Shown in pieces: positions 10,721 to 23,270 of a DNA stretch of 64,000 bases; position 1 is the first letter of the stretch, and each line of letters opens with the position of its first letter. The stretch is taken from contig NW_027590219.1 in assembly GCF_964213995.1 (NCBI RefSeq), positions 372,001 through 436,000 of the forward strand. The letters are read 5' to 3'. This DNA is from Mustelus asterias (taxonomy: Eukaryota). The notes beneath the pieces are model-generated. The model did no database searches and had not been told where the DNA came from. It saw nothing but the letters and a program-made list of their open reading frames with translations. A program made the position numbers and the translations under genes.

Positions 10721-11503
10721 CAGTTCACTCATCTTTGTGACATTCTGAATGTTTCTCTCCTAAGGTTTTAATATTTGATCTTTTCGGTAATAATGTGTCT
10801 CAAACAGAAGATTTAAACACTGAGTTTGATGAGCTGTCAGATCTCTTTCCTGTGTGTCTGTGTAACTTGCGAACTAGAGATAACCATGAGAAGAAACTGA
10901 TTATTTTCAGTTCCTCTAACAGATTCCCCTCAGATATCAGAAATCCCTGGAGTTCCCCATGTCCTCATTATTCTCGCCTCGAGTATAACAGCTCTCAGTC
11001 AGGCCGAGTCAGTCACATGTGTCTCTGTCATGATGTTTCCACTTGTATTTTATCACTCACCTCCCAGTGACACTCACCATAACACAGACACCGTAAAATA
11101 TCATTGTTCCCTTACACTTTGTCCTCCTATTATAATCAAATGTTTGTTGGGCCTCTTGTCTCCCTTAATGTCAGATTATCTGCAGTTAAAATGACCTCAG
11201 AGACACTGAAACCGACCTTTCTGATTATTATACCAGACTCCAATCAGCCCCAGGAGCTGCAGTTGTAAAATACAGCAGAATTGGAATAACAGACAGGTTA
11301 TTGTCTGATACTGACAGTGGCAGAGTAACACACACCGGAATCTAAACACATTATATCAATGGACCATGACTCACTCACACTATCAAATGAAACTTAAACT
11401 TTGGTTATGGTGCACTAGATACTGACTGTATTACCATTCCATTGGATCTAATGCTGTGTTCACTAACATACTGCAACGTGACTCTTATTATTTGAACAAG
11501 CAT

Positions 11504-11862
11504 TGTATTTGTTACACTCCGAGTAAGTCAGTGCTTTGCTGTGTTGTCTCTGTGCTCCATCCCCACTCTGATTGTATTGGAGCCTGTGTGTGTCATTGTC
11601 ACACTCAGAGTAAGTCAGTGCTTTGCTGTGTTGTCTCTGTGCTCCATCTCCACTCTGATTGTATTGGAGTCTGTGTGTGTCATTGTTACACTCAGAGTCA
11701 GTGCTTTGCTGTGTTGTCTCTGTGCTCCATCCCCACTCTGATTGTATTGGAGCCTGTGTGTGTCATTGTCACACTCAGAGTAAGTCAGTGCTTTGCTGTG
11801 TTGTCTCTGTGCTCCATCCCCACTCTGATTGTATTGGAGCCTGTGTGTCATTGTTACACTGA
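11504..11862. repeat. Tandem repeat, ~87-bp unit x ~4
   Basis: GAGTAAGTCAGTGCTTTGCTGTGTTGTC recurs at 11521, 11608, 11695 (4-bp deletion) and 11778. Confidence 0.9.
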
Positions 11863-11879
11863 GACTCTGTCACTGTGAT

Positions 11880-12310
11880 TATTGGATAAGCAGCAAGTCA
11901 CCGTCACAATGCCCGGCTGATTGACGGCAGCGTGGACCAATGGGAAGAGGGGGCAGAGCTGGAGGACCGATCTGGAGCGGTTGGTCCTCCAACCAATAGG
12001 AGCGAACGAGGGGCGGGGCCAACTTTGACTCGAGCATGCGCAGTGTGAGTAATGGCGATGGAAAACGGTTTTTATTTTGGGCTCGGAAATCTGTTCGAGG
12101 TGATTGGCGTTACGGAGAAAGCAATGGATCGTCCAGGTGAAACGCTGCGTAAGCATGTTGTGAGAGTCGCAAAATGCGGAAGAGAGCTTCCCGGACCCAG
12201 TTTGCACCGAGCAGGGCTGCAGCTCCTCATGTTCGTCCCGGGTTAACGTTCGCCATCTTTATTGGGGGCAATATGCAGCAGTGCGCACGTGCGGCCGCCA
12301 TGTTTGTAGA
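11880..12310 (+). promoter_or_regulatory. CpG-rich promoter/first-exon region of ZNF 13841-14683
   Basis: CCAAT x2, GGGGCGGGG, GCATGCGCA, and downstream YY1-like CGCCATCTT and CGCCATGTT. Confidence 0.6.
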
Positions 12311-12664
12311 GGGCAATGTTGTCAATCAGTGGGAGGAGCTTGTTCCCCAGTGTTCAGAATGGAGACAACTTGTCCATCAAACTGCATCAACCCTCTGAGT
12401 CCCAATGTCTTATTGATGAGGCAGAGCGGTGACAGAGAAGGAAAATGAAAGGGAAAGTAAAACAGTAAATGCTGGAAAATCTCAGCAGATCTGACATCAT
12501 CTGTGGAGAGAGAATAGAACCAACGTTTCGAGACTGGATGACCCATAGTCAGAGCTTGTACACGTGTAAACAGAGCACGTAAACTTTGACACCTCCATGT
12601 ACCCTTGTACACCTCTATCAATCTACTTTGCTCCAAGGAGAACAACCCCAAGTTATCCAGCCTA

Positions 12665-13030
12665 ACATTGAGGTGTATAAAATTCTGAGGGGCACAGATA
12701 GGGGGGATAGGAAGGAACTTTTCTCTTTAGTCGAGAGGTCAATAACCAGGGGCCTGGATTTAAGTTCAGGGGCAGGAGGATTATAGAAGATGTGAGGGAA
12801 AGCTTTTTCACTCAGACGGTGATGGGAATCTGGAACTCACTGCCTGAAAGGGTGGTAGAGGTGGGAATCATCATCACATTTAAGAAGAATTTAGATAAGC
12901 TCTTGAAATGCCACAGTACGGAAGGTTACACATCAAGTGTGGAAAATGGGATTAGAATAGAACGGTGCTTGATGGCCGGCACAAACATGATGGGCCGAAG
13001 GGCCTCTTTCCATGCTGTAAAACTCTATGA
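12665..13030 (+). mobile_element. CR1 (HER1-like) LINE 3' fragment
   Basis: IEVYKILRG..FFTQ..WNSLPERVVE and a CR1-type 3' tail; a short inverted piece lies just upstream. Confidence 0.7.
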
Positions 13031-13192
13031 TCACCCACATTGGCAGCAAGTTCAATATCATCATCAATCACAACCCCCCCTGTATCTTCACTAACTGAAA
13101 CAATCCATTTAAAAACATTCTTAGTCAAGAATGTAGCCATACTTCTGTTAGACTGGCAGTCTGCATGGAGATTTTCAGCTCTCTGTGTCCAG

Positions 13193-13269
13193 GACAGGAA
13201 GCAGTGAGCATGGATCTGTCAATCAGCCTCAATCAGCACCTTCAGGAGAATTGGGAGGGTGAATATTAG
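13193..13269 (+). other. Putative 66-nt 5' exon (13193-13258) carrying a short uORF MDLSISLNQHLQENWEG(E)Y*
   Basis: Acceptor CTCTCTGTGTCCAG, donor G|GTGAAT, ATG at 13210; near-identical copies at 22281-22357 (-), 25925-26001 and 27620-27696. Confidence 0.5.
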
Positions 13270-13840
13270 ATACAGCAGAGTGAGAATGGAGGGAGAGTGT
13301 GTGGGATGGAGATTTACAGCTTTTGGGGACTGAGAGAGGAAAGAATGTTCCATAGAAACTAGAATTGTCTGTTCTGAATTTCTATCCTGTACTGACTGTG
13401 ATGAATTTTGTAAATTGTTTTTACAGGATATTAGAAGAGGAATCACACTGATAAATCTTAACTATCACATCTCGATCTGACAGAGTCACTCGATTCCTTG
13501 GAAACTAAATATCCTCAGCCTCTGAATGGGAAGGAGAAATGTTTGACCGGTCTGTCCACTGCAAGATTTTAAGCAGCAGTGTGACTGGAAATCTGTAACT
13601 GACTTTGTAAGCAAATATCAACGATAACCCACTACCATCGGACCGGCCTAAGCAGTGTGACTGGAAAAACACCGGGACACAAACACACACCCGAGTGAGA
13701 GTGTTCCAGTGCACTGACAGTGGAAAGAGCTTTAACCAGTTACACAGCCTGAAAATACATTGCAGCATTCACAGCAGGGAGAGACTGTACCGTGTTCTCT
13801 GTGTGGACAAGGCTTCAAATGATACAAGGAGACCGACAAT

Positions 13841-14683
13841 ATGGAAAAACCGTGGAAATGTGAGGACTGTGGGAAGAGATACAAAGCGCCCTCTCTACTG
13901 GAAGCTCATCGGCGCAGCCACACTGGGGAGAGGCCGTTCACCTGCTGGGTGTGTGGGAAGGGATTCACTGATTCATCCACTCTGCAGGGACACCAGCAAG
14001 TTCACACTGGTGAGAGTGCATTCACCTGCTGTCAGTGTGGGAAGGGATTTACTCAGATATCAAGCCTGCAGACGCACCAGCGAGTTCACACTGGGGAGAG
14101 GCCATTCACCTGCTCTCAGTGTGGGAAGGGGTTCAGTAAGTCATCCAACCTACAGAAACACCAGCGTGTTCACACAGGAGAGAGGCCATTCAGCTGCTCT
14201 GCATGTGGCAAAAGATTCACTCAGTTATCTCATCTGCGGGCACACCAGCGAATTCACACTGGGGAGAGACCATTCACTTGCTCTCAGTGTGGGAAGGGAT
14301 TCACTCAATTGTACAGCCTGCAGACACACCAGCGAGATCACACTGGGGAGAGACCATACAGCTGCTTTCAGTGTGGGAAGGGATTCATTCATTTATCAAA
14401 CCTGCAGACACACCAGCGAGTTCACACTGGGGAGAGGCCATTCACCTGCTCTCAGTGTGGAAAGGGATTCACTCAGTTATCTAATTTGCGGAGACACCAG
14501 CGAGTTCACTCTGGAGAGAGGCCATTCACCTGTCCCGTGTGCAGGAAGGGATTCACTCGGTTATCCACCCTGCAATCACACCAGCGAGTTCACACCGGGG
14601 AGAGACTGTTCATCTGCTCTCAGTGTGGGAAGGGATTCTGTGATTCATCCACCCTGCTGACACACCAACAAATTCACAAGTGA
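13841..14683 (+). CDS. C2H2 zinc-finger protein, 10 fingers, 280 aa
   Basis: Intact ORF MEKPWK.. with 10 canonical fingers. Confidence 0.9.
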   Translation: MEKPWKCEDCGKRYKAPSLLEAHRRSHTGERPFTCWVCGKGFTDSSTLQGHQQVHTGESAFTCCQCGKGFTQISSLQTHQRVHTGERPFTCSQCGKGFSKSSNLQKHQRVHTGERPFSCSACGKRFTQLSHLRAHQRIHTGERPFTCSQCGKGFTQLYSLQTHQRDHTGERPYSCFQCGKGFIHLSNLQTHQRVHTGERPFTCSQCGKGFTQLSNLRRHQRVHSGERPFTCPVCRKGFTRLSTLQSHQRVHTGERLFICSQCGKGFCDSSTLLTHQQIHK

Positions 14684-15191
14684 ATATGGGGATTAGATTC
14701 TGCTGTTATTGTTTCTGCTCTCAATTACATCCAGGGCTGCATTTTGTTCATTCTCACAGTTGGCCAATGGGGAGGGTCAGAGGGTTTCTTTCTGCTGGAC
14801 TGGCCGGTCTCATGACTTTGCCTCCAGTGGGCTGATGCTCTTTGAGTCTTGTTGCGAATACCTGGTTTTAAATTTCACAAGGATCACAGAGTGACAGGGT
14901 GTTAGGAAGTTCAGAGATATTTCATCAGCATTTCTGTTTGAAACCCCCCAAATGCCCATCCAATTTCCTTTGTAATTGTTTATTGTCTCCACTTCCTTCA
15001 CCCTCGGAGGCAGCGAGTTCCAGGTCATTACCATTCACTGCATCAAAATATTCTTCCTCACATCCCCCCCCCGCCCCCCCCTGCATCTCTGACCCAAAAC
15101 CTTCAATCTATGTCCCCCTTGTCCTTGTCCCATCAGCTAATGGGAACAGCTTTTCTTTGTCCACCTTATCTAAACCTGTCAGAATCTTGTC

Positions 15192-15540
15192 ATAGAAATT
15201 TCCATAGATCATAGAAACCCTACAGTGCAGAAGGAGGCCATTCAGCCCATCGAGTCTGCACCGACCACAATCCCACCCAGGCCCTACCCCCACATATTTA
15301 CCCACTAATCCCTCTAACCTATGCATCCCAGGACTCTAAGGGGCAATTTTTAACCTGGCCAATCAACCTAACCCGCACATCTTTGGACTGTGGGAGGAAA
15401 CCAGAGCACCCGGAGGAAACCCACGCAGACACGAGGAGAATGTGCAAACTCCACACAGACAGTGACCCGAGCCGGGAATCGAACCCGGGACCCTGGAGCT
15501 GTGAAGCAGCAGTGCTAACCACTGTGCTACCGTGCCGCCC
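15192..15540 (-). mobile_element. HE1-like tRNA-derived V-SINE, CR1-type tail, full length
   Basis: Minus strand GGGCGGCACGGTAGCACAGTGGTTAGC..GGTTCGATTCC (A/B boxes), V-core, CTATGA tail; absent from the paralogous site at ~29293. Confidence 0.85.
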
Positions 15541-16454
15541 TCTATCCACCTCTATCAAATCTCCCCTCAACCTCCTTTCCTCCAAGAGGAACAACCCCAG
15601 CCTGACATCGACAATAAAGAACAAACTAACAGAATATGTTAATACCTGAAATCAAATGGGAATGTTTAATTTCTGTTTTAAGGATATTGTGAATATATTG
15701 TCCTGGACAATAAAGGAATTGGAATAACTCACCTTGGGTGTGGGTGAAATGTGTTATGATCCAGGTCAGAAATCCAAGGTGTTTTACAAAGTCAGCCGAG
15801 CCATAAGATTTGCACTCGAGTGAGTGTAAGATGTTTCACTCCAGGTACGATTTAAGTGACCCACTAGGAAGCTTTTATCAAACAAAGTTAATTTAAGAAC
15901 ACAGTTAAAATATAATTAGAAAATATAGCATAACTTTTACCAATTGCAATAAAAAGCAACCATGATCTTTCTTATATCAACCAGTGCAGCTTAGTGTTCC
16001 AAATCAAATAATCCCTACAAATATACACCCCATTCTAGGCTTTGCACAGAAAGCAGGTATGCTCACGTGATGCTGGATTTGGCAGCTTTTTAACACCTGC
16101 TGTGAATTCGCCCTTAAAATGTTGAATTCAAACTCTGCCTTCCCAGTCCTGGAACTTCCAGCATCGAGAGAGAGAGAGACTGCTTGCTTCTATCTTCCAG
16201 CTACCAACTCAGAGGCAGCAGAATTTTCACTCTGGAGAGAGAGACGACAAACACTGCTTTCAGTTTGCAGTCCAGACAGCTTGTGACAAAATGAAACTAA
16301 AACTTTCTCCTGTTAAGAAAAACTGTCCAAAGACAGCACTGACCTTTCATTCAGGTTCCACCCAACAATTCCAAAAGGATCATAAAACGCCAGGTCACTG
16401 TATTAGCCGAGGCTCAAAATAAACAAGATGCCCATTATATTGCTTTATTATATT

Positions 16455-16773
16455 CATAGAATAGAATCCCAACAGTACAGAAGGAGGCCATTCAGCCTAT
16501 CGAGCCTGCACTGACAATAATCCCAGCCTTTCTCCGTAACCCCACCTGTTTACCCTGCTAATCCCCCGAAACTAGGGTCAATTTAGCATGGCCAATCAAC
16601 CCAACCCACACATCTTTGGACTGTGGGAGGAAACCGGAGCACCTGGAGGAAACTCATGCAGACACGGGGAGAACGTGCAAACTCCGCACAGACAGTGACC
16701 CAAGCCAGGAATCAAACCTGGATCCCTGGTGCTGTGAGGCAGCAGTGCTAACCACTGTGCCACCGTGCCGCCC
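16455..16773 (-). mobile_element. HE1-like SINE
   Basis: Same head, core and tail as 15192-15540. Confidence 0.85.
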
Positions 16774-18169
16774 TAGTTTAATTCTAACTCATTCTGAGTA
16801 AATATTCTCACCAGGTTCTCTGTCAGGACCCTAAGCAGCTTTAATGGTCCGTGATTGCAGAAACTGAGCAGTCACAGGAATGTGGTCAAGATAGTCCAGT
16901 CCCATAATGCCTCACATTCAATCTGCTGTCCTTCAATTATAACATAATATGTGGCTGTATGTAGCTACCTCGGCCATGGTCAACCCCAACACTGCCTTCT
17001 TGAACTGCTACAATGCCTGAGGTGTAAGTACACCCACAGTGCTGTTAGGGAGGGATTTCCAGCTACACATTCCAAAAATAAAATCCCATCTCCCCCTCTG
17101 ACTCACTTTCTGTTAAAGAGCCTGCCAACCCCTCTCACCCACTTTCCCTAAAGTGCATCAATCTCATCAGGAAAAGTCCAGAACAATCAAATATTTTTAC
17201 TGATAAAAGTTTATTAATGAAACAGAACATGGTTAAAACAAACAGAAAATGACTTGAGGATCAAAGACAACCAGAGTAAAAGGATATTCACAATGTTCTG
17301 GACACAAATCGTGTTTCTTCAGCTCCTCTGTACGCTGTTCCTGTGACTCCCCGCTTTGAACACAGGGACACTGAACCCAGGGTCACGTCACCATCAGCCT
17401 CGGCGATCCCCTCCCGAGCCCCGATTGGTTGGAGGCCCATTTCCCAGTCAGTCCTCCAGCACCTTCCTGTCTCTCTATTAGTGCGACGCCCAGGGCAGTT
17501 TCCCAACTGGGGTGCAGGCACCGTTCATCTCAGCAAAATTCAGCCCTCAGCTCCGTCGCCTGGCTGTCATTGACACGAGCAATAGAGAGACAGAAAGGTG
17601 CCCCAGGCTCAAATGGGAAATCAAAACTTGTGTCTCTAAGCCAACACTTCAACATTTGCCAGTCAAATCCATGTTATTTACACTGGGAGCTTTTATGATG
17701 AGATTAATTGAAGTGTTCGGCTAGTCAGCAAGCTCGAGAAGCACTGATTCCAGATTGTTCAATACTCCTACCTTGAATCACAAAAGCTTCTCACTTTATC
17801 CCCTTCCTGAACTGAATTCCATCATCCTGAACAGCTGTGGGTGTCACCTCTCTGTGTAAACTCCTGCCCCTTTTTATAAGGCTCTCTCATTCCTTATTGT
17901 GGGTCAATTCTTTAATGGTTGAGGATCGCTCTGTGATGCAGTGAGTGTTTATCCGGTCAATCAATGTTTCTGATGTCAGTCGGAACGTCCATCGTTACTT
18001 TTCACCTGTTTCTTACTCTGTGTTTTATAAAAATAAAGTTTATAAACTTTTACAGAATGGTCAGCTTTAAGGTTTCTGTAGTTCGTGATGAGGTCATCCA
18101 AAGGTCAAAGCCTCTCTCTTTTCTCCTTCCTGTTTAACTAAGGGTTGTGTGGAATATTCCATTCAGGGG

Positions 18170-18560
18170 GAGGTGGTGGGGTAGTGGGAATGTCTCTGGC
18201 CGAGTAATGCAGAGACCCAGCAAAGGATCTGGGGACAGGCAGCTGGTGGGATTTGAATTCAGTGAATCAATCTGGAATTATATAAAGTTAGTGTCAGAAA
18301 CGGTGAGCATGAAACTTTCATCGATTGTTGTAAAAACCTGTCCGGTTCACCCTATTAATACCCCCTATTAGGGAAGGAAATCTGCCATCCTTACCCGGTC
18401 TGGCCTACATGTGAATCCAGACCCACACAGCGATGTGGGTGACTCTTAACTGCCCCTCTGAAATGGCCGAGCAACTCACTCCGTTCAGGGGCAATTAGGA
18501 GCTGAGCAACATGTGCTGGGGCTTTGCCAGCAGTGTCCACATCCCAGGAAAGAATAAAGA
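18170..18560 (+). mobile_element. SINE of a separate tRNA-derived family
   Basis: Shares GGAAGGAAATCTGCCATCCTTACC..TGGCCTACATGTGA..GGGCAATTAGG with 22885-23270. Confidence 0.55.
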
Positions 18561-19189
18561 ATATTCCACGGAAAGTGATGGGTGATTTGAAATGAACTGA
18601 AAGTAGGTCAGGAGGTGCTCATATCGTCCAGAGCTGCTTTTCAATGGATCCTCCTGTTTAAAATAAAAACACATCAGTGTGCCCCTTTCCCAGACACACT
18701 GACCTTGGAATATCACAATGCTGTTTTTAAACATTCCTTTGTTAACGAATCAGTCATTTAGAATTGTGAAACAGACAGAAATTAAATGTTCCATTTTTCC
18801 TGGGATCCTCCTGTGCCTGGCACCGGTGTCCTGAACAAGGTGATTAACATTCTCTGGGTTAAAGGTTCCTCCTGGTTCTTGCTGTCTGTTGTGTCCTTTG
18901 TCACAGTCGGTACCAGGACATTTCTATTGAAAGGTTGTTAAGAAATTCCAGTGAATTCCAGCCCCTTGTGTAACGTTCCATTTGGTGTGCGTCAGATTCA
19001 GAGATGTCCACGTGTGTGTGAAAAGGGTTCTGGGTCAGGGTTTTAACCCTTCTTTCCCCGTTAGTAACAATGAGCCCTGTATTCAATTCTAAAGTATAAA
19101 GTCCTCATTAGATATCAATTCTACCTGTTATCTACATTTCACCAACCAGTCTATATTTTCATCACAGGACTGCAGTGGGAGCACCGTCA

Positions 19190-19995
19190 ACATCTTACTA
19201 ACTTGATCGATTTTATCGAGGAGGTGACGAAGGTGATCGATGAGGGTAGAGCAGTGGATGTTGTGAACATGGATTTTTCGAAGGCTTTCAACAAGGTCCC
19301 TCATGGTCGGCTCATCCAGAAGATTAAGATGCATGGGATTCACGGTGACTTGGCCGCTTGGATTCAGAATTGACTTGCCCATAGAAGTCAGGGAGTAGTG
19401 GTGGAGGGTGTTTTTCTGGCTGGAGGTCCATGACGAGTGGTGTTCTGCAGGAATCCGTACTGGGACCTGCGCTATTTGTGATATATATATAAATAACTTG
19501 GATGAAAACATGGATGGGTGGGTTAGTAAGCTTGCAGATGACACAAAGCTAGATGGAGTTGTAGATAATGTAGAAGGTTGTCAGAGGATACAGTGGGATG
19601 TAGATCAGCTGCAGATATGAGCGGAGAAATGGCAGATGGATTTTAATCCAGACAAGTGTGAGGTGCTGCACTTTGGAAGATCAAATATTAAGGATAAGTA
19701 TACAGTTAATGTACAGGGGGATCGTGGGGTTCAAGAAAGTTCAAAGGAGATGTGAGAGGTAAGGTTTTTTACACAGAGAGTGGTAGGTGTCTGGAATGCG
19801 CTGCTCGGAGTGGTGGTGGAGGCAGATACGATAGGGGCGTTTAAGGGGGTTTTAAATAAGCACATGAATATGCAAGGAATAGAGGAATATGGACCAAGGG
19901 CAGGCAGAAAGGAATAGTTTAATTTGGCATCATGTTCGACACAACATGGTGGGCTGAAGGGTCTGTTCCTGTGCTGTGCTGTTCTACGTTCTATT
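19190..19995 (+). mobile_element. CR1 LINE RT fragment with internal deletion
   Basis: LTNLIDFIEEV..VD....DFSKAFNKVPH..YINNLD..ADDTK motifs and a 3' tail. Confidence 0.8.
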
Positions 19996-20069
19996 TGTGA
20001 TCTCCATTTAGAAAAAGGAAAGAGAGGCACTGGAGAAGGGGCAAGAAAGATTCACAAGAATAATCCCAG

Positions 20070-20639
20070 AACTGTCATCACTTGTGAACTCACTGGTGTT
20101 TCACCAAGTTTGCTGACTGAGTGAATCCCTTCCCAGTCAGAGCAGGTGACCAGCCTCTGCCTGGTGTGAACTCACTGGTGGGACATTAGTTCCCGAGAGC
20201 TTTTGAAGCCACGCCCACATTTAAAGGGTCTCTCCTGGGTGTGATGATGTTGTGTCTGGGCAGGCTGGATAACCGAGTAAATCCTTTCGCACACACCGAG
20301 CAGGTGAATGGTTTCTCCCCGGTGTGAACTCACTGGTGTTTCAGCAGTGTTGATGATATTCTAATCCTCCTTGAACAGTGAAAGCAGCTGAACGGCCTCT
20401 CCCCGGTGTGAATGTGCTCGGGGATCATCAGTTCCTGAGAGCTTCTGAAGCCGGCCTCTCAGGCAGAGCATTTAAAGGGAGTCTCCTTGGAGTGAGTGGC
20501 TTTGTGTTTCTGCAAGCTGGATGACTGAGTGAATCCTTTCCCACACACAGAGCAGGTGAACGGTCTCTCCCCAGTGTGAACTCGCTGGTGGGACACCAGT
20601 TCTCCAGAGCTTTTGAATCCGCTCCCACAGTCAGAACAT
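20070..20639 (-). pseudogene. Decayed C-terminal zinc fingers of the 21581 gene
   Basis: [26 protein letters not shown] followed by progressively broken fingers. Confidence 0.75.
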
Positions 20640-21581
20640 TTAAAACGGTCTCTCTTTGGTGTGAGTGAGATTGTGCCTGCGCAGGTTCGATGAATGAGTG
20701 AATCTCTTCCCACACACAGAGCAGGTGAACGGTCTCTCCCCAGTGTGAACTCGCTGGTGTATCCGCAGGTTGTATGCTTTTCTAAACCACTTTGAGCAGT
20801 GAGAGCAGCTGAACGGTCTCTCCTCAGTGTGAATGCGCTGGTGGGACACCAGATCCTGAGAGCTTTTAAAACCACTTCCACAGTCACAGCACTTAAAGGG
20901 TCTCTCATTGGTGTGAGTGAGATTGTGTTCCCGCAGGCTGGATGACTGAGTGAATCCCTTCCCACACATAGAGCAGGTGAATGGCCTCTCCCCAGTGTGA
21001 ACTCGCTGGTGTTTCCGCAGGTTGTATGATGTTCTAAACCTCTTTGAGCAGTGAGAGCAGCTGAACGGTCTCTCCTCAGTGTGAATGCGCTGGTGGATCA
21101 TCAGTACCTGAGAGCTTTTGAATCCGCTCCCACAGTCAGTGCATTTAAACGGTCTCTCATTGGTGTGAGTGACTCGGTGTCTCAGCAGGTGGGATGAATG
21201 AATGAACCCCTTCCCACACACAGAGCAGGTGAACGGTCTCTCCCCAGTGTAAACTCGCTGGTGTACCTGCAGGATGGCTAAAGTTCTAAATCTCTTTGTG
21301 CAGTGAGAGCAGCTGAATGGTCTGTCCTCGGTGTGAATGCACTGGTGGGACATCAGATCTCCAGAGCTTTTAAAACCACTCCCACAGTCAGAGCATTTAA
21401 ATGGTCTCTCATTGGTGTGAGTGAGATTGTGTGTCTGCAGGCTGGATAACTGACTGAATCCCTTCCCACACACAGAGCAGGTGAACGGCCTCTCCCCAGT
21501 GTGACTGCGTTGATGAATTTCCAGCCGAGATGAGGATATGAATCTCTTCCCACAGTCCCCACATTTCCATGCTTTCTCCAT
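20640..21581 (-). CDS. C2H2 zinc-finger protein, 11 fingers (4th degenerate), truncated by a +1 frameshift
   Basis: ATG at 21581 (MEKAWK); the ORF ends ERPF* at an extra T in a T run, and fingers continue in another frame. Confidence 0.7.
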   Translation of the reverse strand: MEKAWKCGDCGKRFISSSRLEIHQRSHTGERPFTCSVCGKGFSQLSSLQTHNLTHTNERPFKCSDCGSGFKSSGDLMSHQCIHTEDRPFSCSHCTKRFRTLAILQVHQRVYTGERPFTCSVCGKGFIHSSHLLRHRVTHTNERPFKCTDCGSGFKSSQVLMIHQRIHTEERPFSCSHCSKRFRTSYNLRKHQRVHTGERPFTCSMCGKGFTQSSSLREHNLTHTNERPFKCCDCGSGFKSSQDLVSHQRIHTEERPFSCSHCSKWFRKAYNLRIHQRVHTGERPFTCSVCGKRFTHSSNLRRHNLTHTKERPF

Positions 21582-22884
21582 GGTGCGGGTGTCCTTGTGA
21601 CTCTCCAGGTTAAACAATCAGTTAAATCTCACACAGAACACGGGTACAGTCTCTCCCCGCTGGGAATGCTGTGATGTATTTTCAGGCTGTGTAACTGGTT
21701 AAAGCTCTTTCCACACTCAGTGCACTGGAACACTCTCACTCGGGTGTGTGTATCTCAGTGCATTTCTAGTCACAGCGATGTTTACAATCTTTTGAAGCCA
21801 AGAGGCCAAACAAACATTTCTCCTGCTAGATTCAAAGGCCAATGATATTCAGGTCCCAAGAAATCGAGTCACTCTGTCAGATCTCGATGTGATGTTGGAG
21901 ATTTCTGTCTGATTTCTCCTTGTCTAATATCCTGTAAGTCTGTTTAGAAAAAACATCACAATTCAGAATATGATCGAAATTCAAATCTACATTTCTAGTT
22001 TCTATGGAGCATTCATTAAAGACACAGTCATGGAGCATTAAACTTGCCCAGCAGGGCCTCCCGTATCAGCACACAGGCAGCTGCTTTGTGAGACTGCCAG
22101 CAGTACAGACAAGTCAGAGATAAGGGTGGCCTCAGAAGTGGGATTCATTGTGAAAGCTCAGGGACGGTTGATAAGATGCAGCAATTCTGTGATTCTAATG
22201 AATGTTCTTTCCTCTCTCATTCCCCAAAAGCTGTGAATCTCCATCTCACACACTCTCCCTCCATTCTCACTCTGCTGTATCTAATATTCACCCTCCCAAT
22301 TCTCCTGAAGGTGCTGATTGAGGCTGATTGACAGATCCATGCTCACTGCTTCCTGTCCAGCACAGAAATCAGAACAAATAGGAGCTGCAGTCAGCATTCG
22401 GCCCATCGAGTCTGCTCAACCATTCATTCAGATTATTGGTTGATCTACCTCTGCATTATTTTCCCCACACTGTCCCCCATATCCATCGATATCTTCAATA
22501 TCTAGAAACCTATCAATCCCTCTCTTGAAAATTCTTGATGACTGAGGCTCTATAGTCCTCTGGGGTAGAGAATCCAAAACATCACCACATCCTTGAGTGA
22601 AGAAATCCTTCCTCATCTGAGCTTTCTCTCCATTTTCCAGCCTGGTCCCAATAATTATTGACTCCCTTGTCATTCACAAACTGTCTAACTCATCCTTGAA
22701 TATATTCAATCCCTCCACTGGTCCCTATGGGAGAGAAATCTAGATACTAACAATTCTCTGAGGGAAGAGATTGTTGGAAATATATAATATAGCTGCAGTC
22801 CAAAATTACACAGCCAGATATAATAAGTGTATTTTATTACAGAGCTATAAATAATATATCTAATCTGTACCATATAACAACAGG

Positions 22885-23270
22885 GGAGCGGATAGCCTCG
22901 TCGTATTATCACTAGGCTATTAATCCAAAAATTTAGCTGATGTTCTGGGGACCCAGGTTCGAATCCTGCCACGGCAGATGGTGGAATTTGAATTTAAAAA
23001 CAAAATCTAGAATGAAGAATCTACTGATGACCATGAAATCATTGTTGATTGACCAGAAAAACCCATTTGGTTCATTAATGTCCTTTTGGGAAGGAAATCT
23101 GCCATCCTTACCCAGTCTGGCCTACATGTGACTCCAGAGCCACAGCAATGTGGTTGACTCTCAACCATCCTCCAAAATGGCCCAGCGAGCCACTCAGTTC
23201 AAGGGCAATTAGGGATGGGCAATAAATGCTGGCCCAGTCTGCAATGCCCGTGTCCCAAGGATGAATTTTT
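22885..23270 (+). mobile_element. tRNA-derived SINE, same family as 18170-18560
   Basis: B-box GGTTCGAATCC, shared core, tail GGATGGGCAATAAATGCTGG; a minus-strand tail fragment lies at ~26490-26560. Confidence 0.65.

Noticed and set aside
13695-14660. Long alternative-frame ORFs overlapping ZNF genes ([21 protein letters not shown] repeats; also 20459-20965, 28119-28772, 28216-28791)
   Set aside because: Predictable shadow frames of repetitive C2H2 codons.
15319-15649. Recurrent ORFs such as MDCGRKPEHPEETHADT and [15 protein letters not shown]
   Set aside because: Translations of SINE sequence, not genes.
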